53,955 nucleotides of DNA from Myxococcales bacterium (GCA_045863395.1 BTVJ01000048.1:1-53955), one strand, 5' to 3'. Counted from the first letter of the stretch, positions 39,284 to 50,014 are shown. The notes: generated by a model from the letters alone, not told the origin. Program-made: numbers and translations.

Positions 39284-42200
39284 ATGTTCTCCACGGGGCG
39301 CTGGTTGCCGCTCGCTGTGCTCATCACCCTCGGATGCGAGGGGCCCGCCGAGCACCGAGACGCAGGGGAGCTCGCCGTCTCGACGGGGGCCCTCGTACCC
39401 GACGGGGGAGCTTGCGCCAAGTCGAGCGACTGCGCCGCGTCCTCGTGGTGTCATCGGCCTCCGTACGCGTGCAGCGGCCATGGCGTCTGCGCTCCGCGTC
39501 CCACGCTGAGCCAGGCGATGAACGAGCCCATCCGCCGGGTGTGCGGGTGCGACGGAAAGAAGTACCTGAGCCCGGCACGAGCGGCCCGCTACGGAGGCAC
39601 GTCCGTGGCCCACGAGGGGTCTTGCGAGGACCGGTGCAGCGGGCTGGCGTCGTGTGCGTCCATCTGCCCGACCTCCGTCAAGTGCGTCTGCGACAAGCCC
39701 GTCGGGGAGTGCGGGGGCAAGGGGGTCTGCAAGATCGGGGCATACGTCCTGGAAGTAGGGCAGACGGTCTGCGGGTGCTCGGGCACGACCTGGTTGAGCT
39801 CCCACAAGGCCCACCTGGGCGACGACAGCGTCCACTCCTTCGGGCCCTGCCTGAAGGGAGGCGAGGCGTGCTCCTCGGCGTCGGGACCCCGGTGCGAGAC
39901 CGGGCTCGCGTGCAACACCCCGCCGGGGCGCTGCGACGCTCAAGGGACCTGCGTCCTCATCGGTGTCCCCTTTGTGGGCCGGGATCCTGTCTGCGGCTGC
40001 GATGGTGCCTCCTACTTCAACCCGGACATGGCGAAGCAGAAGAGCGGCGTGGGCGTCGCGCACCAGGGGCCTTGCGGGACCGGCTGCACCGACAACCGAG
40101 ACTGCTCCGCGCACTGCGCCGGGCCCGAGTACCTGGGCGCGTGCTACTGCGAGAAGGTCACGAGCAACTGCGGGCCGGGCTCTCCGGGGCACTGCCAGCG
40201 CGTCCCGAAGTCCTGCCCCCCGGGCGGCTCGCCGGTGTGCGCCTGTGACGGGACCACGCAGGAGAGCGCCTGCCACGCCGCCAAGGCGGGGCAGTCCGTC
40301 TACACCCCGTTCCCCTGCGCCGAGCTGCCCGAGGGCGCCCTCTGCCCCTCGCCAGACGGCCTGGAGTGCGCCGCGGGCTTGTACTGCAACGGAGCCCCAG
40401 GCGCCTGCGGTGAGCCTGGCGGGCGCTGCACGAAGCCCGTCGACGTCTGCTCGAAGACGGTGAAGCTCGTGTGCGGCTGCGACGGCGAGACCTACCAGAA
40501 CGAGTGCAAAGCGCACAAGGCGGGGACGGACGTGGACTACCTCGGCGCCTGCCCCCGAAAGTGCCATGGCCACGGCGACTGCGAGCCGGAGCTCCTCTGC
40601 GTGACCGAGGGTGGTGGCTGCGGCGCGGAGGGGCGGTGTCTCTCGGTCTCCCTCGACGACTGCGAGGCGAGCGGCCCCGTGTGCGGCTGTGACGGGCGCC
40701 CCTACGCCAACGAGTGCGTCGCCTACGTGGCGGGCGCCATGGTCCACGCCGCGGGCGACTGCTCGTGCGACGCCGACGCGGACTGCCCGACGGGGGCCCA
40801 CTGCCGGCGCCCGTTCGGAGCCTGCGACGGCCCGGGGTTCTGCAGCACGCTCCCGTCCGCGTGCCCCGCGCAGTTCACTCCGGTGTGCGACTGCGAGGGG
40901 GCGAGCTGGGCCAACCCGTGCCTCGCCTGGGCCGCGGGGAAGAACATCGCGGCTGCGGGCGAGTGCCCGAACGCTCCTACCTGCACCGGCAACGGCGACT
41001 GCCTGCCCGATGAGCTGTGCGCAAAGGCCCCAGGCGCCTGCGGGGCCACCGGCTTCTGCTCGCTGCGCCCGACGGCGTGTCCGCTGACGTCGGCCACCGT
41101 CTGCGGGTGCGACGGAAGCTCGTGGCTCAACGCGTGCCAGGCCGCGGCGGCGGGGGTGACCGTGGCAAAGGAGGGCCCCTGCGCCGACTGCGAGAGCGAC
41201 GCGGACTGCCCGAACGGCGGCGCGCCGTGGTGCGGAGAGGACGGCCGGATCCACGACCCGACGTGCGACCCGGCGACCGGGGACTGCAAGGAGGTCGTCA
41301 CCGCTTGCGGCCAGGGCCTCAAGTGCCTCGGCGGCGAGTGTGTCCCGGGGACCTGCACCTACGACCACGACTGCCCGAACGGCGGCGCCCCGGCGTGCCT
41401 GGGGACCACTGGCCGTGTGCGCTACGCATGCAACGGGGGTCAGTGCGTCGCCCTCGAGGAGGTCTGCGTCGGGGGGACGGCCTGCGACCACGGTGAGTGC
41501 GTGCCCGCTGCCTGCGCCTCGGACGCGGACTGCCCGGGCGGCGGTGCCCCGTTCTGCACCTCTGCAAAGACCGTCGCCGAAGCCCACTGTGTCTCCCACG
41601 CGTGCGTCGTGGACGACGGTCCGTGTCCCGCGGGCACGAAGTGCGTGGGCGGCGCGTGTGAGATCCCGTGCAAGAAGCAGGCGGACTGCAAGGCGCCGGG
41701 GACCTTCTGTAAGGACGGGCTGTGCCGTGCGGCGGCGTGCTCTTCCGACGCCGATTGCCCGGGCGGCCTCCGCTGTGCCGGCGCCGGCAGCCCGGCGGCC
41801 GCCTGCGTAGAGTGCCTCTCCGCGTCCGACTGCCCCGGCGGCTGCCAGGAGGGCCTGGTCCGGGCCGCCGTGTGCGACGGGGGCGTCTGTGGCCTCGCAC
41901 AGCCGGTGGACTGTGGGGCGGATAGGGTCTGCGTGGGCGAGGGCGTCTGCGGGCGACCGTGTGGTCCCGCCCTCCCGTGCCCCCCGGGACAGCAGTGCTG
42001 GCACCTCGGGCCCGGCCTCGACCTGTGCCTGGAGTGCACCTCCGATGCGGGCTGTCCCGGAGGGGGAGCGCCGTTCTGCGACGGAAACCGGGTCGCCACC
42101 TCGCGGTGCGTCGAGCAGATCTGCTCGACGGTGGTGATTGACGATTGCACCAAGGCGGAGTTCGTCTGCCACCCCGATCAGGTGGCGTGTGTCCCGCCGG

Positions 42201-45031
42201 CCTGCTTCTCGGACGCAGCCTGCGACACGCCGCTCGTGTGCATTGGCGACCCGCCCGACTCCGTCTGCGGAGAGTGCCGCACCGACGCCGACTGCAAGGC
42301 CTCGCGCACCTGCGACGGGTCCAAGGTCATAGGCGAGCGCTGCTCGAAGAGGAACACGTGCGAACCAGCCGTGCTCGTGGACTGCGGGGCGCTGGGCCTC
42401 GGCGTGCCCTGCGAGAGCGGGAGCTGCGTCATGGCGAGCGAGGACTGCTGTCGCCCCCACGATGCGCCCCTGTGCGAGGGAGGGCCGGGGACCGCGGACG
42501 CTTGCCTGCTCTGCGTGTGCGAGGCCACGGACCCCGCGGCTGGGTGCTGCACCGGCTACACCCCGTGGGTGGCGGAGTGCGCCCAGGCCGCGGCGACCGA
42601 CTGCGCGACCGCGTGCGGCTGTGCACGGACCTGCTGCGAGCCCCATGCGGCCGCGGGCTGCACGGATCCGGGCTGCTCCCAGTGCGTCTGCGCGGCCGAT
42701 CCGTCCTGCTGTACCGGGTCGTGGCACGCGGGGTGCGTCACTCTGGCCGCGGGGGCGTGCGCGGGAGCGTGCGCCTGCCCCGGCTCCGCCTGCGAGGCCC
42801 ACGTGGCCCCGAGCAGCGACGATCCGGCCTGCAGCGCGTGCGTGTGCGGGGGGCCCGGCGGCTACCCCGAGTGCTGCGACCAGGGGTGGAACCTGTCATG
42901 TGTCGCTCGGGCCGCCGAAGAGTGCGATGCGGCCTGTGGGTGCGGCGCCGGTTGCTGCGCGCCACACGGAACGGCCGGCTGCGCGGACGGCGTCTGCGAG
43001 GCGTGCGTCTGCGCAGCGCTGACGGAGTGCTGCGCTCCTGGGGGCGCGTGGACTGCAGCCTGCGCAGACCGTGCGGCCACCGGCTGCGCCGCCCAGTGCG
43101 GCTGCGCGGGTGCCTGCTGCGACGACCACCCGGCGCCTGGGTGCGACGTCCCGTCCTGCGAGACCTGCGTGTGCCTCGGCCAGGGCCAGACGAGCTGCTG
43201 CACGGACGGCTGGGATCCGACGTGCGCGGCCACGGCTCGGGCCGAGTGCGCCGCCTCCTGCCCGTGCGAGGGCCCGTGCTGCGAGGAGCACGGCACGCCG
43301 GGCTGCGCCGGCGCCGGCTGCGAGGCCTGCGTCTGCGCGGCCCGCCCTGCGTGCTGCGAGCCGGGCGCTGCGTGGACGGCCGAGTGCGTGGCCCTGGCCG
43401 CCGGGGCCTGCGCGGCGGAGTGCGACTGCGCTGGTCCTTGCTGTGGCGCCCACGACGCCGCGGGCTGCGACGGGACGGCCTGCGAGGAGTGCGTGTGCTG
43501 GGAGCAGGGCAACGTGGAGTGCTGCACGGGCGCGTGGACCCCGGACTGCGCGGACGTGGCCGCCGCCGAGTGCACGGTCGCGTGTGGCTGCAAGGGCCCG
43601 TGCTGCCAGCAGAACCCGACCGCCGGCTGCGAAAAACCCCTCTGCGAGGCGTGCGTCTGCGCGGCGATGCCAGAGTGCTGCACGGGCGCGTGGACGGCGG
43701 AGTGCGCCGACCTGGCGGGGGCCTCCTGCGCGGCCCAGTGCGGGTGCGCGGGCACGTGCTGCCAGGCGCACCCGACGCCCGGCTGCGACGACGCGGCGTG
43801 CAAGAGCCTGATCTGCGGGCTCACGCCCTCCTGTTGCGCCAGCGGCTGGACGAGCCCCTGCGCGAGCCTTGCGCTCGATCTGTGCGCCTGCGAGGGCTTC
43901 TGTATGGGCCCCGCAGACTGCGACGACCTCGACTCCTGTACGGCGAACGCCTGCGTGAACGGACAGTGCACCTACACTCCGGCGGTTGCGTGCAACACAC
44001 CGCCTTACGGATACGGACTGCCCGGGACCTGTACTGCCAGCAAGTGCGTCTACACGCCCTTGACCGGGCCGTGCAACGACACGAACGCGTGCACCTCAGG
44101 CGACACCTGGATCGACGGCAAGTGCGTCGGAACGCCGATCATGTGCGACGACGGCGACCCGGAGACGACCGAGTCGTGCTCTCCGACCCAGGGCGGCTGC
44201 GTGTACCAGTGCCCGCCGTGCCCCCCGTCGACCTGCAAGGACTCGGCGACGCTCGTCTCGTCAGCGTGCGATACGAAGACCGGCCAGTGCAAGACCACGG
44301 AGCAGGCCTGCCCCCAGCCATGGTGGCAGCAGTGCGTGGACGGCGCCTGCATCGTGCCGTGCGCGCCCTCCTGCACGTCGGCGGTCCTGCCTTACTGCAA
44401 GAGCGCGACGACCCTCGTGGTCGCCACCGCCTGCGACACGACCAACGGCCAGTGCCTCGAGACCACGGAGGCGTGCCCGGCAGGCACCACGTGTGACCCG
44501 GTAACCCGGGCGTGCCAGAAGGCCTGCTCCGAGGCGTCCGACTGCTTCTCAGTGATCGCGCCGCAGGACCCGCAGAACAACACGTTCTGCGTGGACGGCA
44601 GCCCCGACATGAAGCAGTGGACGTGCGCCGACACGAACCTGGCTCCCGGTGCGAAGGTCTGCCGCGTGGGCAAGTTCTGGACCTGCGCTGCCCCCCTCGA
44701 GTGTACGGAGGGCCGCTGCTGCCACGGCAACGCCGACTGCGGCCCTGCGATCTGCGGCAACACTTCGGGGGGCACCTCGGCCCTCTACCAGCCGGTCTGC
44801 GCACTGGGCGGCAGCGGCTGCAGCTACGAGATGAAGGCGTGTACGATGGAGGAGATCTGCGTGGGCGGGGCCTGTCAGGTCGTCCCCTGCGCGACAAATG
44901 CCGACTGCTCGAAGCTGAACTACTGCATCCCGGTGGGCTACCAGACGGGCAAGATGCTTCAGTTCTGGTGTGCCGGGCCGCCCTACAACCTGTGCATGGA
45001 GTCCACGGCGACCAAGCCCGCCTGTCCGTGA
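39284..45031 (+). CDS. Giant Cys-rich mosaic lipoprotein (Kazal-like and other disulfide repeats)
   Basis: GAGGT RBS; lipobox ITLG-C; VCGCDGxxYxNxC Kazal-like units; CxxDxDC units; CC..H..PGC..C..CVC..CC..W..C repeats; CTDC-like units. Confidence 0.9.
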   Translation: MFSTGRWLPLAVLITLGCEGPAEHRDAGELAVSTGALVPDGGACAKSSDCAASSWCHRPPYACSGHGVCAPRPTLSQAMNEPIRRVCGCDGKKYLSPARAARYGGTSVAHEGSCEDRCSGLASCASICPTSVKCVCDKPVGECGGKGVCKIGAYVLEVGQTVCGCSGTTWLSSHKAHLGDDSVHSFGPCLKGGEACSSASGPRCETGLACNTPPGRCDAQGTCVLIGVPFVGRDPVCGCDGASYFNPDMAKQKSGVGVAHQGPCGTGCTDNRDCSAHCAGPEYLGACYCEKVTSNCGPGSPGHCQRVPKSCPPGGSPVCACDGTTQESACHAAKAGQSVYTPFPCAELPEGALCPSPDGLECAAGLYCNGAPGACGEPGGRCTKPVDVCSKTVKLVCGCDGETYQNECKAHKAGTDVDYLGACPRKCHGHGDCEPELLCVTEGGGCGAEGRCLSVSLDDCEASGPVCGCDGRPYANECVAYVAGAMVHAAGDCSCDADADCPTGAHCRRPFGACDGPGFCSTLPSACPAQFTPVCDCEGASWANPCLAWAAGKNIAAAGECPNAPTCTGNGDCLPDELCAKAPGACGATGFCSLRPTACPLTSATVCGCDGSSWLNACQAAAAGVTVAKEGPCADCESDADCPNGGAPWCGEDGRIHDPTCDPATGDCKEVVTACGQGLKCLGGECVPGTCTYDHDCPNGGAPACLGTTGRVRYACNGGQCVALEEVCVGGTACDHGECVPAACASDADCPGGGAPFCTSAKTVAEAHCVSHACVVDDGPCPAGTKCVGGACEIPCKKQADCKAPGTFCKDGLCRAAACSSDADCPGGLRCAGAGSPAAACVECLSASDCPGGCQEGLVRAAVCDGGVCGLAQPVDCGADRVCVGEGVCGRPCGPALPCPPGQQCWHLGPGLDLCLECTSDAGCPGGGAPFCDGNRVATSRCVEQICSTVVIDDCTKAEFVCHPDQVACVPPACFSDAACDTPLVCIGDPPDSVCGECRTDADCKASRTCDGSKVIGERCSKRNTCEPAVLVDCGALGLGVPCESGSCVMASEDCCRPHDAPLCEGGPGTADACLLCVCEATDPAAGCCTGYTPWVAECAQAAATDCATACGCARTCCEPHAAAGCTDPGCSQCVCAADPSCCTGSWHAGCVTLAAGACAGACACPGSACEAHVAPSSDDPACSACVCGGPGGYPECCDQGWNLSCVARAAEECDAACGCGAGCCAPHGTAGCADGVCEACVCAALTECCAPGGAWTAACADRAATGCAAQCGCAGACCDDHPAPGCDVPSCETCVCLGQGQTSCCTDGWDPTCAATARAECAASCPCEGPCCEEHGTPGCAGAGCEACVCAARPACCEPGAAWTAECVALAAGACAAECDCAGPCCGAHDAAGCDGTACEECVCWEQGNVECCTGAWTPDCADVAAAECTVACGCKGPCCQQNPTAGCEKPLCEACVCAAMPECCTGAWTAECADLAGASCAAQCGCAGTCCQAHPTPGCDDAACKSLICGLTPSCCASGWTSPCASLALDLCACEGFCMGPADCDDLDSCTANACVNGQCTYTPAVACNTPPYGYGLPGTCTASKCVYTPLTGPCNDTNACTSGDTWIDGKCVGTPIMCDDGDPETTESCSPTQGGCVYQCPPCPPSTCKDSATLVSSACDTKTGQCKTTEQACPQPWWQQCVDGACIVPCAPSCTSAVLPYCKSATTLVVATACDTTNGQCLETTEACPAGTTCDPVTRACQKACSEASDCFSVIAPQDPQNNTFCVDGSPDMKQWTCADTNLAPGAKVCRVGKFWTCAAPLECTEGRCCHGNADCGPAICGNTSGGTSALYQPVCALGGSGCSYEMKACTMEEICVGGACQVVPCATNADCSKLNYCIPVGYQTGKMLQFWCAGPPYNLCMESTATKPACP

Positions 45032-45041
45032 CGGGTGACTC

Positions 45042-46907
45042 CTACCCGCCCACAGTGAGCGCTCGGGCGATGGCCGCCGCCAGCTCCGGGCCGATGCCCG
45101 GGACCTCCGCCATCTGCTCCGGGGTCGCGGCCCGCAGGCGCTTCAGGCTGCCGAAGTGCTGGAGCAGCGCCCGCTTGCGCGCGTCCCCGATGCCGGGGAC
45201 GTCGTCGAGCGGGCTCTTCAAGGTGCGCTTGTCCCGCAGCAGCTTGTGGTAGGTGATGGCGAAGCGGTGGGCCTCGTCGCGGATGCGCGCCAGCAGATAC
45301 AGCTCCGAGCTGCTCTGGCGCAGCACCACCGGGTTCTTCTGGCCCGGGAGGAACACCCGCTCCGGAGAGTGGGTGGGGGCGTCGGACAGCGTGCCGCCCG
45401 ACTCCTCGATGCGGCTCTTGGCGAGGCCCACGATGTCCACGTCCACCACGTCCAGCTCGGTGAGCGCCTGGAGCGCCGCGTTGAGCTGGCCCTTGCCGCC
45501 GTCGATGACCACGAGCTGGGGCAGATCACCCGTCTCGGCGCCCTTCTTGAAGCGCCGCGTGATTGTCTCGTGCATCATCAGGAAGTCGTTGGGCTCCGCC
45601 GGAGACTTCATGCGGAAGCGGCGGTAGGCGGCCTTGTCCGGCTCCCCGTCCGTGAACACCACCATGGACGCCACGGCCTCGGAGCCTTGGATGTTGGAGA
45701 TGTCGTAGCACTCGATGCGCGACGGGAGGTTGCGCAGCGACAGGCGCCGCTGGAGGTTGGCGAGGGTCACGAGGGACTCGGCCTCCGTGCGCTGCTTCTC
45801 CGTGAAGCTCTGCGCGGCGTTGCGCGCCGCCATCTCCAGGATGCGCACCTTGGCGCCCCGTTGAGGGCGCAGCACCGCGACGCGCGTGCCTTTGCGCTCC
45901 CCGAGCCACGCCTCGAGGGCCTCGGCGCCTTCCAGCTCCACGGGCAGCAGCACCTCGTCGGGCAGGTCCACGGCGCGGTCGTAGAACTGCTGGACGAAGG
46001 AGGAGAGCACCTCGTCGTCCGGCAGCTCGTGGCGGCCGAGCGAGAAGGCGCGGCTGCCGGACACGAAGCCCAGGCGCACCTGCACGAGCTGCACCGTGCA
46101 GAGCGCCCCCTCGCGGTAGAGCGCGAAGGCGTCCATGTCCCGGTCGCGTCCGAGATCGATGTCCTGCTTCATCAGGCTCTGCTGGATCGCCCGGATCTGG
46201 TCTCGGAAGTGGGCGGCCAGCTCGAAGTCGAGTGCCGCCGCTGCGCTCGCCATCTTGCCCTCGAGGCCCGCGACGAGCTGCTCCGCGCGCCCCTCCAGGA
46301 ACATGGCGACCTCCTCGACGCTCTCCCGGTAGGCGCTCGGGTCGACCGGCAGCACGCAGGGCCCCGGGCAGCGGTGGATCTGATACTCCAGGCACGGCCG
46401 CGAGCGGTTGCGCATGACGCTGTCCGGGCAGGTGCGCAGATAGAAGTGGCGGTTGATGATGCGCAGCGTCTTGCGGATGGCGGACGCCGAGTGGTACGGG
46501 CCGAAGTACCACGCGCCGTCGCTCTTGCGCCGCCTCACGACCTCGAGGCGGGGGTAGGGGGTGCGGCGGTCGATGCGGATGCTCAGGAAGTTCTTGTCGT
46601 CCTTCAGCTCCACGTTGAAGCGCGGCTTGTGCTTCTTGATCAGCTCGTTCTCGAGGAGCAGCGCCTCCTTCTCGTTGGCCGTGATGACAATCTCGATGTC
46701 GCCGAGGACCCGGTCGAGCAGCCCCACGAAGAAGCGGGTGTCACTGGTCGCGCCGAAGTAGGAGCGGATGCGGTTCGCGAGGCTCTTGGCCTTGCCCACG
46801 TAGATGATGGTCCCCGCCCGGTCCTTCATCAGGTAGACACCGGGGGCGCGGGGCAGGGTGCGGAGGCGCTCCTCCAGGTCGAAGGGAGCCAGGCTCACGG
46901 GGCTCAC
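45042..46907 (-). CDS. uvrC: Excinuclease ABC subunit C
   Basis: GIY-YIG PGVYLM..IIYVGKAKSL, UVR domain, RIECYDISNIQG, IDGGKGQL, RIRDEAHRFAI, HhH PGIG. Confidence 0.97.
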   Translation of the reverse strand: MSPVSLAPFDLEERLRTLPRAPGVYLMKDRAGTIIYVGKAKSLANRIRSYFGATSDTRFFVGLLDRVLGDIEIVITANEKEALLLENELIKKHKPRFNVELKDDKNFLSIRIDRRTPYPRLEVVRRRKSDGAWYFGPYHSASAIRKTLRIINRHFYLRTCPDSVMRNRSRPCLEYQIHRCPGPCVLPVDPSAYRESVEEVAMFLEGRAEQLVAGLEGKMASAAAALDFELAAHFRDQIRAIQQSLMKQDIDLGRDRDMDAFALYREGALCTVQLVQVRLGFVSGSRAFSLGRHELPDDEVLSSFVQQFYDRAVDLPDEVLLPVELEGAEALEAWLGERKGTRVAVLRPQRGAKVRILEMAARNAAQSFTEKQRTEAESLVTLANLQRRLSLRNLPSRIECYDISNIQGSEAVASMVVFTDGEPDKAAYRRFRMKSPAEPNDFLMMHETITRRFKKGAETGDLPQLVVIDGGKGQLNAALQALTELDVVDVDIVGLAKSRIEESGGTLSDAPTHSPERVFLPGQKNPVVLRQSSSELYLLARIRDEAHRFAITYHKLLRDKRTLKSPLDDVPGIGDARKRALLQHFGSLKRLRAATPEQMAEVPGIGPELAAAIARALTVGG

Positions 46908-49225
46908 AGGAACCCCGAGCGGCGCCGGAGCCACCACTCCGCCCCCAAGAGCAGCGCCGCCAGCGCGAGCACGTCGGCGCCGCTCCACAGCTCGTGGCGG
47001 TCGCGGCGGGTGATCTTCATGACCCGCGGCTCCAGCACTGGCAGGTCCTGCGGGGTGGCCGAGATGGTCGCCGCGCGTCCGCCCGAGGCGCGCGACAGCA
47101 GCCCGAGCACGTCGACCTCGGAGACCACGTCCCGCAGCTCCGGGTTGTCCTCGACCACGAGGAAGATGGCGCTCGCCTGGACCTCCCGGTCCCGAAGCGT
47201 GGTCTTCGCGCGGATCTCGTAGACCCCGGAAGCCTCCGGCACCAGCTCCACGGGCAGCTCTCCCCGCTCGTCGGTGATCCCCTCCTGCTGGCTTACCGTC
47301 TGCTCCTCGGTCCACGTCAGGAGCCCGCCCCGCCGGATCACGGTCACCGCCACGCGCTGCTCCGGCGCCGGCTTGTAGTCGAGGCCGAAGGCGCGCACCG
47401 TGGCGCGCGCCGGCTCTCCGAGCGGAGTCTCCCCGCGCTCCACCGCGATGCGCAGCAGCTCCAGCTCCGGGTCGCGAATGAGCCACCGGATGGCGTTGTC
47501 CCAGAACGTGGTGTAGGGTCCCGCGTCGCCGCCCGCCCCGGCGTGCTCGAAGCTCCACCGCCAGGTGCTGTCCGTAGCCACGACCATGGTGCGCCCCTCT
47601 CCCGCCTCACGTACCGCCACGACGGGCATTCCAGCCCCCAGGGTCGGGTGCTCCAGCAGCGAGACGGAATCGGGGGCGAGGCCCAGGGTCTTGTTGATTC
47701 CTTCCAACTGCGGGAGACTCCCCCAGATGCGCTCGTTGGCGTCGGGGTCCAGGGCCAGGCGGGTCACCGGGTGAGTCTCCCCCGCCGCCGTGAGGCGCGG
47801 CGCAAACTCCTGCTCGTCCAGGGTCTCGCCGCCCCCGGTGGAGGGCTGGAGCGCGAGGGGCAGCACCTCCGTGATCTCGGTGCCGAAGTAGCCCCCTTCA
47901 GAGAGCCCGAGCCGGCCGCCCACCATCAGGAAGGCGCCACCCTTCTTCACGAAGTCCCGCACCCGGAACAGGTGCTGCCGCGTCTGGAAGGGCCCGTGGT
48001 TGAAGTCCTGGAACACGATGAGATCGAAGCCGCCCAGCTCCTCGACGAAGAGCTCGTCGGCCGGGAACGGGATGAGCGCCGTGTCCTCAGGGCGAACCGC
48101 GAAGGCGTTGCGGGGGTTGATCAAGATGAAGAAGCTGATGAGATCGACGCTCGGGTTGCGCTTGAGGTGATTCCGAAGGAAGCGCTGGTCCCAGCTCGGG
48201 TGCCCGCAGATCTGGAGCACGCGGATGCGATCACGGATCACGCTCACCACGGCCAGCTTCTCGTTGTTGCCGTGGGTGACCTCGCCGGGCAGGCGCTCGG
48301 CCGCCACGGCGTAGACCTGCCCCCCCAGCGCCCGCGGCACATACTCGAAGGCCAGGTCGTAGTCCCGCTTGCCCGGCAGCACCGTCACGACCCGCTGGGT
48401 CAGGAGCCGACCATTCTCGTAGAGGCCCGCCTGAACCTTGGTCCCGGGTGAGTATCCCGTGATTCGGATGGTCGCCTCCAGGCCCGTCGCGTTCAGGTGG
48501 AAGGCGAAGGTGCTCGCCTTGAGGCGGTGTACGGACACGTCCCGCAGGGCCTCGTCGCCAGCGAAGCCGAAGGTGTGGATGGGCACGCCGAGAGACTCCA
48601 CGAAGCGCACCGTGTCGTCGTCGAGGCCCGTGGCGCCGTCCATGCGGTGGCGGAGCTTGCCGTTGTCGACGCCGTCCGAGATCAGGACGACGCCGCCGAG
48701 ATCGCGTCCCCTCGTCGCGTCGCGCAGTCGCTCCAGAGTCTCCAGGAGTGGAGTCGCCTTGCCCCGGCCCTCCAGCGCCAGGGCCGCGTCCTCCCGCTCC
48801 ACGTCGCGCAGCTCCTCGGAGAACAGCATCACCCGCACGTCGTTGTCGGCGGTGAGCGCGTCGAGGGCGGGCCCCAAGCGCTCGACCAGGCGGCGGGTGG
48901 CGGCGAGGCGCGTGCCGTCTCCATGGGGCAGGGTCATGCTCTCCGAGTCGTCGATGAGGACGGCGACCGTGTTGCGGCTCCGCTGGACCGACTCCTCCAC
49001 CCAGGCCGGCTGGTAGAAGAGAAACACCAACAGCGCGAGGATCCCCGCCCGCAGGCCGAGGAGAACGGCGCGGCGAAGCGGACGGGCGCCTCGGTAGTTC
49101 CAGGCGGTCAGCGCGAAGATGCCCGCGCAGGTGGCGAGCACCGTCGCCTGGACCCAGAAGGGCCAGTCCGCGGCGAGGACCACCTCGTGGGCGCCGTCGG
49201 AGCCTCTGAGGAGCCAGTCTAGCAC
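46904..49225 (-). CDS. Membrane protein with vWA and class I GATase-like (DUF1355-type) domains
   Basis: N-terminal TM pair; LIDDSESM MIDAS; LISDG; GGAFLMVGG; DSTWRW; C-terminal TM with EWWLRRR. Start approximate. Confidence 0.82.
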   Translation of the reverse strand: MLDWLLRGSDGAHEVVLAADWPFWVQATVLATCAGIFALTAWNYRGARPLRRAVLLGLRAGILALLVFLFYQPAWVEESVQRSRNTVAVLIDDSESMTLPHGDGTRLAATRRLVERLGPALDALTADNDVRVMLFSEELRDVEREDAALALEGRGKATPLLETLERLRDATRGRDLGGVVLISDGVDNGKLRHRMDGATGLDDDTVRFVESLGVPIHTFGFAGDEALRDVSVHRLKASTFAFHLNATGLEATIRITGYSPGTKVQAGLYENGRLLTQRVVTVLPGKRDYDLAFEYVPRALGGQVYAVAAERLPGEVTHGNNEKLAVVSVIRDRIRVLQICGHPSWDQRFLRNHLKRNPSVDLISFFILINPRNAFAVRPEDTALIPFPADELFVEELGGFDLIVFQDFNHGPFQTRQHLFRVRDFVKKGGAFLMVGGRLGLSEGGYFGTEITEVLPLALQPSTGGGETLDEQEFAPRLTAAGETHPVTRLALDPDANERIWGSLPQLEGINKTLGLAPDSVSLLEHPTLGAGMPVVAVREAGEGRTMVVATDSTWRWSFEHAGAGGDAGPYTTFWDNAIRWLIRDPELELLRIAVERGETPLGEPARATVRAFGLDYKPAPEQRVAVTVIRRGGLLTWTEEQTVSQQEGITDERGELPVELVPEASGVYEIRAKTTLRDREVQASAIFLVVEDNPELRDVVSEVDVLGLLSRASGGRAATISATPQDLPVLEPRVMKITRRDRHELWSGADVLALAALLLGAEWWLRRRSGFL

Positions 49226-49235
49226 CGCGACCCAC

Positions 49236-50009
49236 TCATGGTTCCACCTGGGGCTTGGTGATCTTCCACTTGCGCTTGTGGAGCAGGTAGTCCAGGTGCA
49301 CCTGGTCGTCCTTGTAGTCGAGGCACAGGGCGTACTGCACGATGTTGATGCCCACCCGGAAGGCCAGCTCGCGCTGGGAGTCTCCGCCCGGGACCACGTC
49401 ATACTCCCACGCGCCCAGCTCGTCGCGGGCCCAGGCGCCGGTCAGGTCGAGCTGCGAGTAGACCACGGCGAGGCGCCCCTCGATGGAGAGCCCTTCGAGA
49501 AACTGGCGCGCCGTCGTGCGGCCGGCGATGTGGCTCAGGCGGTAGAAGTCGCGGTAGAGCACATGCTCCGCCGGCAGTCGGACGAGCGGCGCGCGGGGAA
49601 ACAGGTGCCGCAGCTCGGCGCGGATCGCCTGGTCGAAGTCCTCCGATGGCCCTGCGGCCCCCACGTTGTCGACGAGCAGGAATCCCCCGGCCTCGATCCA
49701 CGCCTTGAGCCGGCTCGCCTGCGCCGCCGGGAGGCCGCCGTAGTCTCGGTCGCCGCGCATGACCAGCAGGGGGTACTGGAAGAGGGAGGGGTCTCCCAGG
49801 TGAACCACGTGGCGGTCGACGGAGACGTCGATGCTGGTGCGCAGGCGCAGCTCCCGCGACAGCGACGGCAGCGCGGACGTGCGCGTCGTCGGGTCCCCGG
49901 CGTAGTCGAGCCGCGCCAGCCGGAGCTGGGAGAGCGGGCCGATGGCCAGCGCCCGCAGCGGGGCGAAGGCGAGCGCCGCGAGGAAGGCACGCCGGGGGAG
50001 GGTGTGCAT
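49236..50009 (-). CDS. DUF4159-like protein with Tat signal
   Basis: RRAFL twin-Arg signal; LFQYP; GGFLLVD; AFRVGINIVQYALCLDYKDDQVH. Confidence 0.82.
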   Translation of the reverse strand: MHTLPRRAFLAALAFAPLRALAIGPLSQLRLARLDYAGDPTTRTSALPSLSRELRLRTSIDVSVDRHVVHLGDPSLFQYPLLVMRGDRDYGGLPAAQASRLKAWIEAGGFLLVDNVGAAGPSEDFDQAIRAELRHLFPRAPLVRLPAEHVLYRDFYRLSHIAGRTTARQFLEGLSIEGRLAVVYSQLDLTGAWARDELGAWEYDVVPGGDSQRELAFRVGINIVQYALCLDYKDDQVHLDYLLHKRKWKITKPQVEP

Positions 50010-50014
50010 CGCGG

